The notes under the pieces: generated by a model
Databases searched by the model: none
What the model was told of the DNA's origin: nothing
Seen by the model: the letters and a program-made list of their open reading frames with translations, nothing else
Origin: Marsupella aquatica
Lineage: Eukaryota; Plantae; Marchantiophyta
Reading direction: 5' to 3'
Length of the DNA: 64,000 nucleotides
NCBI GenBank assembly: GCA_973895155.1
Contig: OZ316898.1
Coordinates: 13,296,230 to 13,360,229, forward strand
Position numbers and translations under genes: made by a program
Shown here: positions 1 through 13,477 of the stretch, one piece after another
Position numbering within the stretch: position 1 is the first letter of the stretch
Layout: each line of letters begins with the position of its first letter

Positions 1-427
1 GACTACTTGGGAGTTGGATGTGTCATGTGCTTACCATTGCAATTGTCATCTATGCTCAACAGGCAGCCTGTTTAGGTGGCAAAATGGTCAACATTGGGTC
101 AAGCCAAGCGTCAACCACAATTGCAAGCTGCTCCATAGAAGGAGAATGAATGTTTTCTTTCTTGGTAAACAGTTCCTCTTTGACCTCCTTTATTCCATAA
201 TCCTAAACCTTGGGAGTGGTCTCCTCCCTCCTGTTTCTCTTCTCCCCCTTTTGATTTGGAACCCTCTTTTCGATCTACACATTCAAGATTTTACAAGATT
301 TATGAATGGTCTTGATGTAATTTATATTTAGCATACTTTTAGAATTTTGCTACTTTGGTTGAATGTAGACCCATCTATTAAAAGAGGTAATCATGTAATA
401 CTAGCTCAATACTCGTGCGTTGCACAA

Positions 428-760
428 AAGATGTCGTGACAGCCAAGATGTCGTTCCTGATATTGTTGAGAACAAAAGAGGTCATGTCGGCCAAGCGGTT
501 GTCGAGAATAAAGATGTCGTGTCGGCCAAGATGTCGTTGCAAAAAAAGATGTTGTGTCGGCCAAGAGGTCGTTGAGAAGAAAGATGTCGTGTCAGCCAAG
601 AGGTCGTTGAGAAGGAAGATGTCGTGTCTGCCAAGAAATCATTGAGAACAAACGATGTCATGTCACCCAAGATGTTATTAAGAAAAAAGTTGTCATGTCA
701 TCTAAGATGTCATTAAGAAAAACAGATGTTGTGTCACCCAAGATGTTGTTATTTAAGAAA
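428..760. repeat. Degenerate tandem repeat, ~37-bp unit (AAGATGTCGTGTCGGCCAAGAGGTCGTTGAGAAG)
   Basis: About 8-9 consecutive imperfect copies visible; explains the spurious ORFs at 378-670. Confidence 0.85.
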
Positions 761-1644
761 AAAGCTCACGCAAAAAGTGCTCAAAAAATGAGTAACAACA
801 ACTACAAAGTATCATCAATCAAGAATCATGATTTTTGTCTTTGTATTTTTCATTTTTTAAATCCTTGAAAACCTTTAACTTCCCCCCCCCCCCCCTCTTT
901 TAGGCCTTTTGTACTATTTTTGGTTTTATTTTTTCTATTGCATTATGTAATATTTGTAATCAATTAAACTTCTCTTAGGACATAGATTATCATGGGTATA
1001 ATGTCTAGGCATGGAGAGTACTATTTCTATGCATGGGGCTTGGTATGCATGGATAGTACTATACATATATGGTCCATAAAGTATTTGATTATTGTGCATT
1101 GGCATTCCCTGACATTCCCCTTTACTTCTTGCTTGGAAAATGTGTCACCCTTTACTTCACACTAAATATAATTCAATTTTGTTTTATCCCTTCTCTTGGT
1201 CAGATTTTTTAATTTTTGTGCCCTGCAAATTTGAATGACGACCACTCTAAAAAGTGGCGCAACTGTGTATTATAGGAGTTAATGATTTTGCCATTTTCAT
1301 TCCACTGTCATGAATACATGGTTCTGTCCATTTTTTAAGTTACATACCTGGGTTAATTGATTTCATTGAGAGGCGTCCCTAAGTATGATTATTTAATATG
1401 GTCAGACTGCCCTTATGGTTTTGTGGAGTCTCTAGGTTTAAGTAATTTAAAGAAAACCATGATCATGCCATTGCTATGATTATAAAATTTGGGGCTGGTA
1501 TGCTTCTTTTATATTTGCCTCAAAAAATGCATTGAATTACATCCAATAAGATGGAGCCTTAGCCCATTAGCATAGAGCAGTGTGGCCCACATAGTACGTA
1601 ACCAAAAGGGCAGAGTAATTGTGATTGAAGCCAAACTTATTTTA

Positions 1645-2025
1645 GGAGATAGTTAATCTCACTAGTTATTAGTCACTTCCATCAGTCAACTTGATCTCAG
1701 CTATCATCTCATCTTAGAGAGGCCGCCAAGTTGCAGTGCAAGGAAAAAAATGGGAAAAAACATTATTTTTTTTTTCAAAATGTGAAAGAAAATTTTGTTT
1801 TTGCATTTTTTTCACTATTGGGCATTTGTACTATATGGACACCCAACTTGGTGAGGTTAGCCAAGATGGGAGGGTGTCCGTACAGTGTGGACACAAAAAT
1901 TTCCAATTTTTTTTCCAATTTTTTTCCAATTGTTTTTTCCAAAAAAAATTTGGAGCTGAGATTCACAAATTTTTAAGCTAACTGAATGATATCAACCGCT
2001 GATAACTGATAATGTTGTGTACACC
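1645..2025. mobile_element. MITE family G, copy 1
   Basis: 8-bp TSD TTATTTTA at 1637-1644 and 2026-2033; GG...CC ends with imperfect TIRs containing (T)CAGTTATCAG; related to 54780-55214. Confidence 0.75.
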
Positions 2026-2701
2026 TTATTTTAGGTGTTTGGATTTAGAGGTAAACCTTGTTTTAGATTTTTGGGTCTAAGGAGGGGCTAACCATGTTTA
2101 AGTTTTTTGGGAACCCTAATCAAGCCGCCATTTTTGGGTTTTGGTGCTCACTCTCTCGTTTGCTTGCTCTCTCGCCATTTCCGGGTTTTGGTGCTCTTGC
2201 TTGCTTGCTTGCTGCAATGTTTGTAGTCACCCTAAAGTCACTCAGTGCTGATTGCTCACTGCTCCCGTTGCTACTGCTGGTTGTTGTTGCTAGTCAGACG
2301 CACATTGCAATTTGTGTGATGCCTAGCCAGGAATCACTAGGCCGTGTAAGATGGTAAAATTGGGTGGTATACACTAAGACCACTAGTATAAGGAAAAAAA
2401 TGAGAAAAGATAAACAATTAAGGGTATACATGGAACCCGAGTCGAGGCCGGGAGTAATAGGCATAACGGCCACTAAGGGGCACGATTAGGGTTAGGGCAC
2501 ACTAAGTATTGGCGGCTGCAGGTAATCAGCGACAAAGACGATTAAACCCTAAACCCAATGGGGGTAAGGGAGGTTCACCAAGAGTGATGGCTCATTCATG
2601 CACATTGATTGAGTAGATTGCAAGGAGAAGCCAACAACTGTCAGCTGCAAAGGTGAACATGGTGGGCGGAAGCACATACCAAGCAACGACATAAGGAGGG
2701 A

Positions 2702-5626
2702 ATGAGCAACATCAATCAAGTTGCGCATTTCTGGGGATGCCTGTTGGAACGGGCAAGTGAGTACATTGGGACCTATGAGGAGGAAAAGTTGGAAAGAGCA
2801 GCCCGAGAACGACAAGAGCTTGCTTGGCTGTGGGAATTGCATAAGTCTGCCTTCCTAGGAGGAAAGCTCATCAAGACTAAATTCCTGTGGACGCCTACTG
2901 CCGACAAGCTTGACAATCTTCTATTTTGAGCCCGATTTTGAGAGAACAAAATCGTTGGCATTTGGTAGGCCATCAACAACTGCAACAACAAACATTGGGA
3001 CCTAAAGGGTTGCACGGAGGCGTGGACACAAGCAACAGTGCTGGGGGAGTCGTCAAGAGCGGCCAAAATGAAGAGGAAGATGGCCAACAACAAAGAAACC
3101 ACACTGGCCAAAAGAACGAGGTTGGCAGCATCAAGAAAACCGGTCGAGCAAGGGAGACAGAGGCAAGAGGAAGCCAAGGAACAAGAGGTCGACCCAGTCA
3201 ATGTCATCCCCACCAGAGATGATAAATGGAAGGGTTGGGCAACAATCCTACTATCGACAGTGCAATTACATTTTGCACGGGATTAGGATGCATGCTTTAC
3301 AACCATGCAAACCAAGAAGTACCAAGGCTTCATGGCCGGATCAGGCTTGGAAGCCTTTTTTAGATTACTGTGGCTGAAGCCGGAGGTGCCGGAATCAGAC
3401 TTGTTGGAATTTGTGGGATCATGGGACCACAAGTTCAACTCAACCAAGATATACGGGAGAGACTTCTATCTCACTCCCAAGGTGATTGCCAAAGTGTTTG
3501 GCTTGCAGATGGGCAACAAGACCAAGGTAGACACCTGGAAGAACTTTTCAGACAAGGAGTTTAGATCGTTCCCCAGGCCATCAACGAAGAATGACTTCTT
3601 CCAAAACACCTGCACCAACCCGCACATTGGAGAAATGATTGATTTATTGCGAGAGACAATGCATTGCAACCTGCCAAGACCGGAGATTGGCAAGGCGCGG
3701 GTTTATTAAATGGCAGAGAGGCCAGACCCAAGTCGAAACTACAACTGGTACCTCCTTACCCAACTGAAGAAAATCTTAAAGGAGGAACAACAAGTGATAG
3801 GCCAGGGGAGCGTGTCCTGGCTTGGTTATCACATGTTGCTGTTATGTCGGTATGCCCGGAGTCAAACCTTTGTGCCAGTACGTCCCCTGCAGGCAAGGGC
3901 GCCAGAAGAGGAGTCGGAGCTGAGGCCGACTGCAAGGAAGCCCGAACCGCCTAGTAGCCCCACAATAGCACAGATCTTTTGGCCGACGCCGGAACCCACG
4001 CCGATGCAGCAACCGGCTATGTAGAGTCTCTTGTAGATGCTGCAAAAGGAGAAGCCGGTAATTGCGGCACATGCATAGGTACAGGCCATGGTTGGGGAAG
4101 GAGGCACCACAAGACCCACCAAAGCAAATCCCTTTGTCGGGGCTGCGGAGAAAAGGAGGCCCAAAAACAAGCCGTGGGAGCCTCAAGTCCAAAACCCAAG
4201 GGGCAAGGACCCAAGGCTCCCAATCATGATGAGGAGAGAGGAAGCCGAGCGTGGGAGATGGAAGAGACCCGCACACATGAATAGTTTCCGGCAAGATGCC
4301 GCATTTGCGGCTAGCCCCAAAGAAGATCCACAGGCACTGGTACTCCAGGTTGGAAGGGAGAGCTTGGAGGAATATCACGAGGACGACCTCGGCTACGGGT
4401 CGGATCATTTGGTGTCAGGGGTGCAGACCTGTGGCCATTTCATTCCCATACTTCCAAGAGTGGTGTGTGGGGACCCGCAACAGTAGAGAAGCCCAGAGTC
4501 TCCCCCACAAGACGTCCCTCCGCCAAATTACAATGGGAGAAAACAGGCCGACCAAGAGTTGCAAGAGCAACTCCGCGATCTGGAGAGGGCAACCTTGGCC
4601 AAAGAGAAAGATTTTCTAGGCGGAGGATGGCCGAAGGACATTCGGCGGCTTGCAGGGGACCAAGCTGGGCCCTTGCCCATGTTTGACGAGATTCAGAGAG
4701 CGACCTGGGAAAAAAGGCCGCATTGGGAGATGCCGGCATCTCCTAACTACTCCACCTATGCACGTTCCAGAGCCCTGGAGTACGGGAGGATGTGCAGATT
4801 ACTTGCAGCCCTTGACGTCTTTGGCGAGGAGTTAGAGATGGGGCCTTTTCTCAATAGGGAGAGGATGAAGAAGGAGGAGGTCATCCGGTGGCTTAGAGGA
4901 AAGGAAGCTGAGGTTGGAGATTTAAAGGCAACCAAGCAGGCTCAGGACAAGCTGCAGGTTAGGAGGCATGAGATAAGCATCATGCAGGGGCAACTGGCCC
5001 AGACCCAGGGGCATTTGGCCGAGGCCCTCAAGGAAAAGGAGAAGTGGAAGTAGGAGCTCAAAAACACAGAAGCAGCTCACCTAATGGTCTTCAACAAAGC
5101 CATGGCCGAGGCGCAGAGGAAGGAGCGGGCACTAAAGGAGGAGATCAAAGAATTCCGCAGGGCCCTCCATCAGAAAAAGGACGAGTTAGATGAGGCCTAC
5201 AGGAGCATTGACAAGTTAAAGGAGGACCTCAAAACCCTATCAGCCAATTGTCAAGCCAAATTGCGTAAGAAGGATGACATGCTCGATCAAACCTATGAGA
5301 AGATGAATAAGATAGAGTTTGATATCGTCCAAGCTAGAGCTCAACACAGAGCTAAAAGCAACCTAGGAGGAGAAGGCGGCCTTACGAAAGGAGTTGGACA
5401 ACACCTGAAGGAGTTGGAGGAAGCTCGCGGGGATTTACACGAGACCCTGGAGGAGTTAGAGGATGCCACGCAGAAATTAGAGAACATGCAGAGGTGGGCG
5501 GACAACCAAACGGAGCGGCTGAAGAAACTGTCCGAGGAGTTAAATCGGCAGGCAACAACAAGTGGACCCCCGGTGGTGGCAACAAGGTTGCAGGCCATGG
5601 TACTGACTGAGAGACAAGCCGAGGTA
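2702..5626 (+). pseudogene. Family A long ORF (N-terminal domain, plant-mobile/extra-ORF-like domain, coiled coil), decayed; C-terminal tail at ~17797-18191
   Basis: ORF pieces 2702, 3038, 3305, 3710, 4088, 4559 and 5084 align in order to 41084-44453; stops and frameshifts present. Confidence 0.85.
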
Positions 5627-5701
5627 TGTGGTGCGTCCCATGGCTCCCTAAACCCAAGAAACCCCCCTGCACAAGCCGATTCCCGCAGGTTTTGCGGCTT
5701 A

Positions 5702-8126
5702 TGTGACGCCAATGACATGGTCCTTATTTTGTAATCTGATTAAGTAGGTTGCTGTATGCAAGGAGTAGCTATTGATATTGCATAACAATTAGCAAGATGG
5801 CAAGAATAAGGGCAATCATGGCGTTAAGAGTAGGGAAATAAAAACTATGTCGCAGGTGGTCGGTGACCATATCTCTTTCAATATGTCACCAAATCCGGAT
5901 CTGTAAAGAGCATTGGAAAGATCTGGTCAAGGCGAGTAAAATCGATATAAAACACTCGGGAAACGAAGGTGTATTAAGAAAGATATGGCCTGATTAGTGT
6001 GACGGGTTAACTTGTGGCCGAAATTAGCGGATTCGGCTTCAGTTTCGGGTTAACCCAAGCTCGACCACGGCTTAGCTTATGTGAGCATGGCTTCAGCTTA
6101 GCTCAGGTCAGCACGGCTTCAGCTTAGCTTAGGTCAGCACGGCTTCAGCTTAGGCTTAACCCGGGTTCGGATTAGATTGATCCCGGGTTAGACTTAACTC
6201 GGGTTAGCCTAAACTCGGGCTCAGGTTAGCATAGGTAAGCTCGGGTTCGGGCTCAGCTTAGGCTAGGATAGCGGATAGCGGATAGCGGGTAGCGGCCTAA
6301 CCCGAGACCACGGGTTAGCTCTACTCGGGTTAGATAGGATAGCTAGGTTAGCCGAACTTGGGTTAGCTATGTAACTCGGGTTAGCGCAACAGTGAGTACC
6401 CCCTCTCGGTTACGGGGGCATAACTCTCTGTGTATTTGACCAAATCGGCTATAATTGACCTCGTTGGAAAGAGGAGCTCAAGCCGCTTCCAACGCTGTTA
6501 TCCACGCAGCAAATGGTTGAATACAGAAATCGGGAGAGGAGGCATAAGCTCGCAAAAACCATGGAGGAGGGCCGAATCCGAAGTACATAGCCAATTCGAG
6601 ATAGAAATAAAGTTGTGAGTTAGGGTTCAGTAGTTAGAGATAGTGGCGGCTCTGTTAGGGCTGGGATGGGGCTCCAGCAGCGTAGCATCCACCCATTTGG
6701 GCTCAATGAGAGAGTATATAGAGCAGCCCTCCGGTAGAGGCAGGGGGGGAACTTCAGTTGTGTGATCTCACTTAGACTGAGCAGCAGGGAGGAGCTCTGT
6801 GCAAGCAAGGCTGGACTTGGACGCTGCGTGTTGGGGAGAGCTTGGTTGTGCTATTACTCAGGGAGTAATCAGCCAAGCTTCACAGCAACGGGTTGCTAGG
6901 TTTGCGAGCTGGATTGTGGCTCTTTCTAGTGGGCAACACAACTGGGTTCTTTTCCCCCGATACAGAGCCTTGGTGAAGGTGATGTGTTGGTGATTGTAAA
7001 CTGTGGGGAGGATTTCAATGCGATTTGCGGTGGGCACATTAGGGAGGCTAAGGTACTGATTTAGGGGCAGCAGGAGGAGCATTTACAGTTCAGTCTGGCA
7101 AGGCTACATGATCCATGGGGAGTCCCGGCCTTTGTCTGGTGGAGAGCACTAAGGGATCTATGGCCAGAGCTGAGCTTGCAGGGCAAGCATGAGGCCAGGC
7201 CTCATTGTAGTCTGGGGTAGATCGCCGCTAGGCCTGGTACCAGCTTTGAAGTCGAGTCAACTGTGCATGCGTACTTGACATTCTGAAATGGAGGTGTGAG
7301 ATCTATACGTGCCCCCAAGAATGAAGTGCAGTGAAGGAGGTTGAGTTCAGGATTGAGTTTGCAAGGCAAGTACGGGATTGGTTCGAGTCCAATCTGCCAT
7401 CGCAATCTGGAGTGAGCCGGGCTCAGGTTCAGGATTGAGCTTGCATGGCAAGCACGGGGCTTGCGGGGCAAGCATGTCGCAATCTGGAGGAGACAGCCTT
7501 CGGGCCTAGTGTTCGGATCAAGTGTTCTCAGTGAACTATTGTGCACATCTTTGAATCCAATTGAGTTTTCCTTTCAGGCCTCATTTCTCTCATGGATGTG
7601 TGTGTGTGTGAGGCAATCTGAGTGTATGATGAGACTAGCAGCGCCACTGAGAGGTGTACCGGGTGCATTGAAGTGGGTTGGGTGAGGGCTGTCACAGCTC
7701 TGATTGCTGAGAGTGGAATGGCAGAGTGGTGGGGCAATGGCTTAGAAGTCCCTAAGCTGGGAATCAGTTAGGAGTCACTGGTTTATGGGTACATTCCGGT
7801 GGTGGAATAGAAACATACCTATGACAGTAAGCATACGTATAGACCTATGCGCACCGTAGCGCTAGGCCCTGTGTGTACGGGCCCGATATGAAGACCCCTT
7901 CTCACCAGAACTATCATGAGCGCAGATCTGATCCCCAACCTTGGTTCCTTGGGATTGAGCTTGGGTGATGTGTGATAGAGCTTTGCTATGATAGTCTGGT
8001 GTTAAGGGCATAAATTGGTGTTTACCGGCCTTCACAACATCCCTTCGTGATCCTCAGGTACAAGGAGATGGTTTTGGCACCCATAGTGACGTCTTTGGTG
8101 TTAAGACCCATGTCAATCGCGTGACA
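5702..8126. mobile_element. Family B solo LTR, copy 1 (2425 bp)
   Basis: TGTGACGCC...GCGTGACA termini; 5-bp TSD GCTTA at 5697-5701 and 8127-8131; no credible coding; near-identical to 23625-26082. Confidence 0.92.
6066..6390. repeat. Tandem 26-bp CACGGCTTCAGCTTAGCTCAGGT.AG units plus CTCGGGTTAG repeats inside LTR B
   Basis: Directly visible; more 26-bp units in the second copy (~23988-24130). Confidence 0.8.
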
Positions 8127-10447
8127 GCTTAGCGGCATGGGACGCTGCTAACTCTCTACTAACATTTTACACACATATACTGGACAGATCCTTCATTGGG
8201 TCATGAGATACGTAGTCGGCCTCTTCTATGCCTCTCGTGGTCTTCCTTTAGGTATGTTTGGATTCCGCCGCCGGAATGATCGCCAACTGGCTTGGGTAAG
8301 CCGCTAAGACCTCTCTCAGCTCGACACATCCAACTCTTACTGCCTTGCTTACTTTCTTCTCTTCTTGGTTGATGTGGGCAATCTTCAAACAAGTTAATGC
8401 GACACACAAATGGCAAAATGACTCCTTCTGACTGAGTTATACCATGCACTTGCCATACAAATAGTACTTCTCATACACAAGGTCTACAAAAAGCCATGAG
8501 GCCAACTCTATTCAGCTCTTAGGCATGAGGAAACATGAATATACACAAGGGTCACTATATAACTAACCGAGAGCTTCTTTTACTACTTGATCCCAGCCCT
8601 GCTAGTGCACTAAAAACTTGCTAAAGAAGAAGGCCCTTAACTCCCTGTTGCTCAGGTACTTATCCTTGCAGTGAATCCCCCTAATTCCTTGCAACATAAG
8701 CCTAATCTATCCTAACTGTAATCTTCCTATGTATTGTGAGGCAGGAGCACAAGTGTTGCTCTTACCAGCGGATCCGCAATCTCACTAATCTAAGTGTCAG
8801 GGCCGCCTCTTGGTCCTGATCCTAATTCTAAACTTGGAGATTTGAGCCCGCCCTGCCCACTTATGCCTCATACCTCCACATCCGCCCTTTTTAAAGGGGG
8901 TGGTGCCCTTACACGTCACGACACTGGTGGCTGGTCCTCAATGGACACCCCCAATCCTTCTTTGGCGGTCAATGTGGGCCTCCCATTCTCTGATAGGTTA
9001 TCCGCTCCTAACCTGGTCAACCCTTTTTGGCGTGTCCGGGCCCCACCACTACCTCGGCCTCAAGTTCCTCGGCTTTCACTAACCTGGCTTCGGCCTGCCT
9101 GGCTTCTATCTGTGGGGGTCCCACCCCTGCAGCTTCTGTTTTCTCCTTCCCGGCATCGGCTACCTTGCCGTAGTGGTCCTCCTCATAGGCTTGTTCTATG
9201 AGTCGGGTTGTCTCGTCCTCCCAAGGTTGCGGTTGATGCCGATCAATGGTTGGCAACCTTGGGTTGGTGCCTGTCATGGCCTCCCCCAACTAGTCTTCTT
9301 GGCCTACCTCTCGGGCTGTTTCCTTGACGGCCACAACCTCGCATAAGGCTGGTGCCATGCTTTCTACCTCAGCCACAGTGGCCTAGTGAACGGTGTGGCT
9401 CCCTAACCTAGAAGGCTTCTGCTTTTTTTCCTTCCCCACCCAAACCGCTGGTGCCTTCCCCTTGCCACTTTCTTCCGGCAAGGGTGAGGGTACCACGGCT
9501 TGTTGCTCAATTAGTACCACGCCTTGAGACCCTGTTGCCGCTATCGAGGGTCCACTTGTTGCGGCCAGCCGATTTAGCTCCTCGGACTGCTTCTTCAACC
9601 GCTCAGTTTGGTTGTCCGTCTGCCTCTGCAAATTCTCTATCTTCTAGTTGGCTTCCTCCAGGTCCACCAGGGCTTCGTCCAAATCCCCACGGGCTTGCTC
9701 CAACTTTGCTAGGTTGTCTCCAACTCCTTTTGTAAGGCCGCCCTCTCCTCCTGGGTTGCCTTTAGTTCTGCATTGAGCTTGTGGACAACATCAAACTCGA
9801 TTTTATTCATTTTGTCGTAGGTTTGATCGAGCATGTCATCCTTCTTCCGCAGTTTGGCTTGAAAGTTGGCCGACAAGTCCGGCCTCCAGGTCTCCCTTCA
9901 ACTTGTCGATGCCCCTGTAGGTCTCATCAAGTTTGGCTTGTTTTTGATGAAGGGCCTTGCGGCATTCTTTGATCTCATCCTTCAGTGCCCGCTCCTTCCT
10001 ATGGGCCTCGGTCATGGCTCTGTTGCAGGCCGTTATGTGAGCTACTTCTGCCTTCTTTAGTTCTTGCTTCCACTTCTCCTTCTCCTTGAAGGCTTTGGCC
10101 AAGTTGTCCTGAGTCTGGGCTAGTTGCCCGTGCATGATGCTTATTTCATGCTTCCTAACTCGTAGCTCATCCTGGGCCTGCTTGGCCACTTTTAACTCTC
10201 CGGCCTGGGCTTTCTTCTCTCTTAGCCGTCAAATGACTTCCTCCTTCTTCATCCTCTCCAAGGCTAGTGCGTCCGTCAACCAGCTTTTCTCCAACATCTC
10301 CTTATGGACAAAAGGACCTGTCTCCAATTTTGCCCCAATGATATCGAGGGTGAGTAGCCCGCACATCCTCCCATACTCCAGGGCTCTAGAACGTGCATAG
10401 GTGGAGTGGTTAGGAGATGTCGGCATCTCCCAATGTAGCCTTACCGT

Positions 10448-12166
10448 TGTCCGAGTGACCGTGTTTTCTGGTAAGAGCATGTTGGTTCTTATGAAGTTAA
10501 CCTTGCATGCCCATAAGTTCTACACTAAAACCAAAATGATAACTCTTGTAAGAAAGGTGGTGGGTATTAAGAAAGATTCAGGTGAAACTAATATACTGTT
10601 AAATCATACTTCACCATACTTGCGGATCAACACATCTTGGAAACTAATTTTTTTACGACATACAATCCTAATATCAGACTGGCTAAGGCTAGGGATCTCA
10701 TAGCTTTAGAACGACGATAGTGGTTTGCTAGGAGTACTGGCAGAGTCACCTCTGTGGCTGCGTTGCTGGTCTAGGAGTGATAGCTATTGGAAGAGGTCGA
10801 ATGGGATACCTCGCTTTACCGGCTCTAGGGCTCTAGAAGTTGACATGATGTATGGGTCACTCACATTTTGGGCCACTAGGTTTAGTCCCCCCTTTTTTTA
10901 TTGTGATTCTGGCCTTTGCTTTTGCCGCTGGCCTCCCTGAGGGAGTTGTTCTGATTTATCTATGGGGCTGTTTGCTTCCCCCCGGCCGTGGGGTTTTCGC
11001 GGTCTCACCTTTTTATTATAAAAAATATTTTCCCAGGAATATCTCCAAGAGAAAATGAAATAGGAATATCATCTGGACTTCTATTTAGATCCATGACTTC
11101 AATAAAGAACAAAGATAATGCACTCCCACTCCTCTCGATAAGACATTACTGGGTATACTATTGGCTCATTAGAACTCATAACAGCAGTTGTAAATTGAGC
11201 TCCAAAGTGATAAGTTCAATGTTGCCTCATGGATGGCTTGTCTAAAAGATGGACTCTAACCAAAAATGGATTACAAAGGGGAAGATTAGGGATATCTCTC
11301 CCTCCTGGATTCATGGTGACTCTCTTATTCCTTTGCTATCCGGGCCAAAGGATGCCCCACCCCTAAGTTCCCAAAGAGACTTTATTCCCTAAGGTCCCAT
11401 CTATAAGTCTACCACTCACTCCTTTGCTATCCAGGCCAAAGGATGCCCCACTACTATGTACATAAGGCAAAGAATAGAAGAGAAAGATGAGAGAAGAAAA
11501 GAGGATCACTTCGACGCAAAAATTATCAAAATGTGGGGATGAGAAGAGAGTGCCCCTCACCACTTTATTTATATTGAATTCAAGAGGGCATGGATTACGC
11601 CCAAACGCTTGGATGAAAGCCAAATGGCACACATCCAACATAGGAATGTGTGCTAGTACTATTGCAATCAAAATAAATAATGCATGCAAGTAAAACAACT
11701 AATGCATGCACGTAAAATAATTTGTGCATGCATGCACCTTGTGACTTGCATATTTGCTCACCTTGCATGCAAATAAAATAACTAATGCATGCGCATAAAA
11801 CACAATTTGCATGCATCTAAAACAATTTGTGCATGCACCTTATGGCTTGCATATTTACTCACCTTGCATGCACATAAAATAACTAATGCATGCACTTAAA
11901 ACAATTTCCATGCATCTAAAATAATTTGTGCATGCACCTTGTGACTTGCATATTTTCTCACCTTGCATGCACATAAAACAATTTGCACATGCATCCAAAC
12001 AATTTGTGCATGCATCTTGTGGTTTGCATAGTTGTTTACCTTGCATGCACATACGTAATAGTCAAATTATTTAGTTACCCCGTAACAAAATATAAATTTA
12101 ACCTATATACTTACTAATATACTTAGTGGTAATGATTTCATCATGAATAATTCAATTATCATGACA
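10448..12166. mobile_element. Family C solo LTR, copy 1
   Basis: TGTCC...TGACA termini; 4-bp TSD CCGT at 10444-10447 and 12167-12170; first ~1 kb homologous to 29056-30030. Confidence 0.85.
11680..12055. repeat. Tandem TGCATGCA-rich repeats inside C1
   Basis: Repeated CCTTGCATGCACATAAAA / TTTGTGCATGCACCTTGTGACTTGCATATT blocks. Confidence 0.8.
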
Positions 12167-13477
12167 CCGTCCAGACCGCCCTTCTTATCTCCTCAATCGT
12201 GGGCAAGGGCACGGCTTGAACCCCTGCCAGTTGCTGAATGTTCTCTGGCCATACACCGCCTGACAAGTCCTTCTCCTTGGCCAGGGTTGCTTCCTCCAAG
12301 TCCATGAATCGTTGCTGCGACTCTTGATCGGCCTGTTGTCTTCCGTCAAACATTGGTGGAGGTACGTCCGGTGGGGGAGACTCCGTGCTCTCCTGCTGTT
12401 GTGGATCCCCCCGCACCACCCTTGGTAGTCTGGGAATTAAACGGCCGCAGGTCCGCACTCCTGGTACCGAGCGATCCGACCCGTAACCCAAGTCCTCGTG
12501 GTATTCCTCCTCGTATTCCCCGTCCTCCAGGCGTTCTGGTGCCTGTCGGTCCTCTCTAGGACTAGCCGTAAACCCGGCCTCCTGCCTAGGATTATACCGG
12601 CGTGCGACTTGCTCTTCCAGCTTACGTACCTGACTTCCGCCCTCCTTTTTAGGACTGGGAACCTTGGGTCCTAATTCTTCTGAGTCACTAGAGGCTCCTA
12701 CATACATCCGCAGCCCCGGCTCGTGTTCCGGCCTTCTTCTTTCTTTGGCTCCGGTAAAGGGGTTTTCCCTTGACATTTTTCTGGTGCCCGTTGTTGCTAC
12801 CTCTGGTGCTAGAGCCGCCTTCTCCTTGGTCAGTATATGTAGGAGGCTCTGCATGGCCGATTGTTGCATTGGTCCAGCTTCCGGCACCTGTCAGAAGACC
12901 TGAGCTATCGTGGGATTGCCTGGCGGGTCGGGCTGCTTTGCTGCCACTCTTGGGTCTGATTCCTATTCAGGCGCTCTAGCCTGCAAGGGAAGAATCGGTG
13001 CAAAGATTTGACTTCGAACATACCGGCATAACAACGGCATGTGATAACCAAGTCGGGATACGCTTCCTTGGCTGATCACAAGCTGTTCCTCCTTTAATAC
13101 CTTTTTGAGCTGGTTGAGGAGGTACCCATTGTAATCCCGGCTTGGGTCTGGCCTCTTTGCCAGGTAAACCTGTGCTTTGCCGATCTCCGGCCTCCGCCAG
13201 TTGCAATGCATCGTTACCCGAAAGAAATCAATCATTTCTCCTATATGCGGTTGGTGCAGGTGTTCCTGAGGAAGCCATTCTTTGTTGACGGTCTGGGGAA
13301 CGATCTAAACTCCTTGTCCGACAAGTTCTGCCGGGTTTCTACCTTAGCTTTAATTGTTGCCCTTGGGCAAGCCAAACACTTTGGCAATCACGTTGGAGGT
13401 GAGATAGAAGTCCCTCCCGTAGATTTTTGTGGAGCTGGTCTCGTGGTCCCATGATCCCACAAATTCTAGTAAGTCCG

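Noticed and set aside
428-760. CRISPR-like periodicity
   Set aside because: Units are contiguous degenerate tandem repeats without unique spacers; eukaryotic context; no cas genes
6430-7737. Short ORFs inside LTR B and the antisense ORFs across the window
   Set aside because: Not conserved in frame between copies, or simply shadows of the real ORFs
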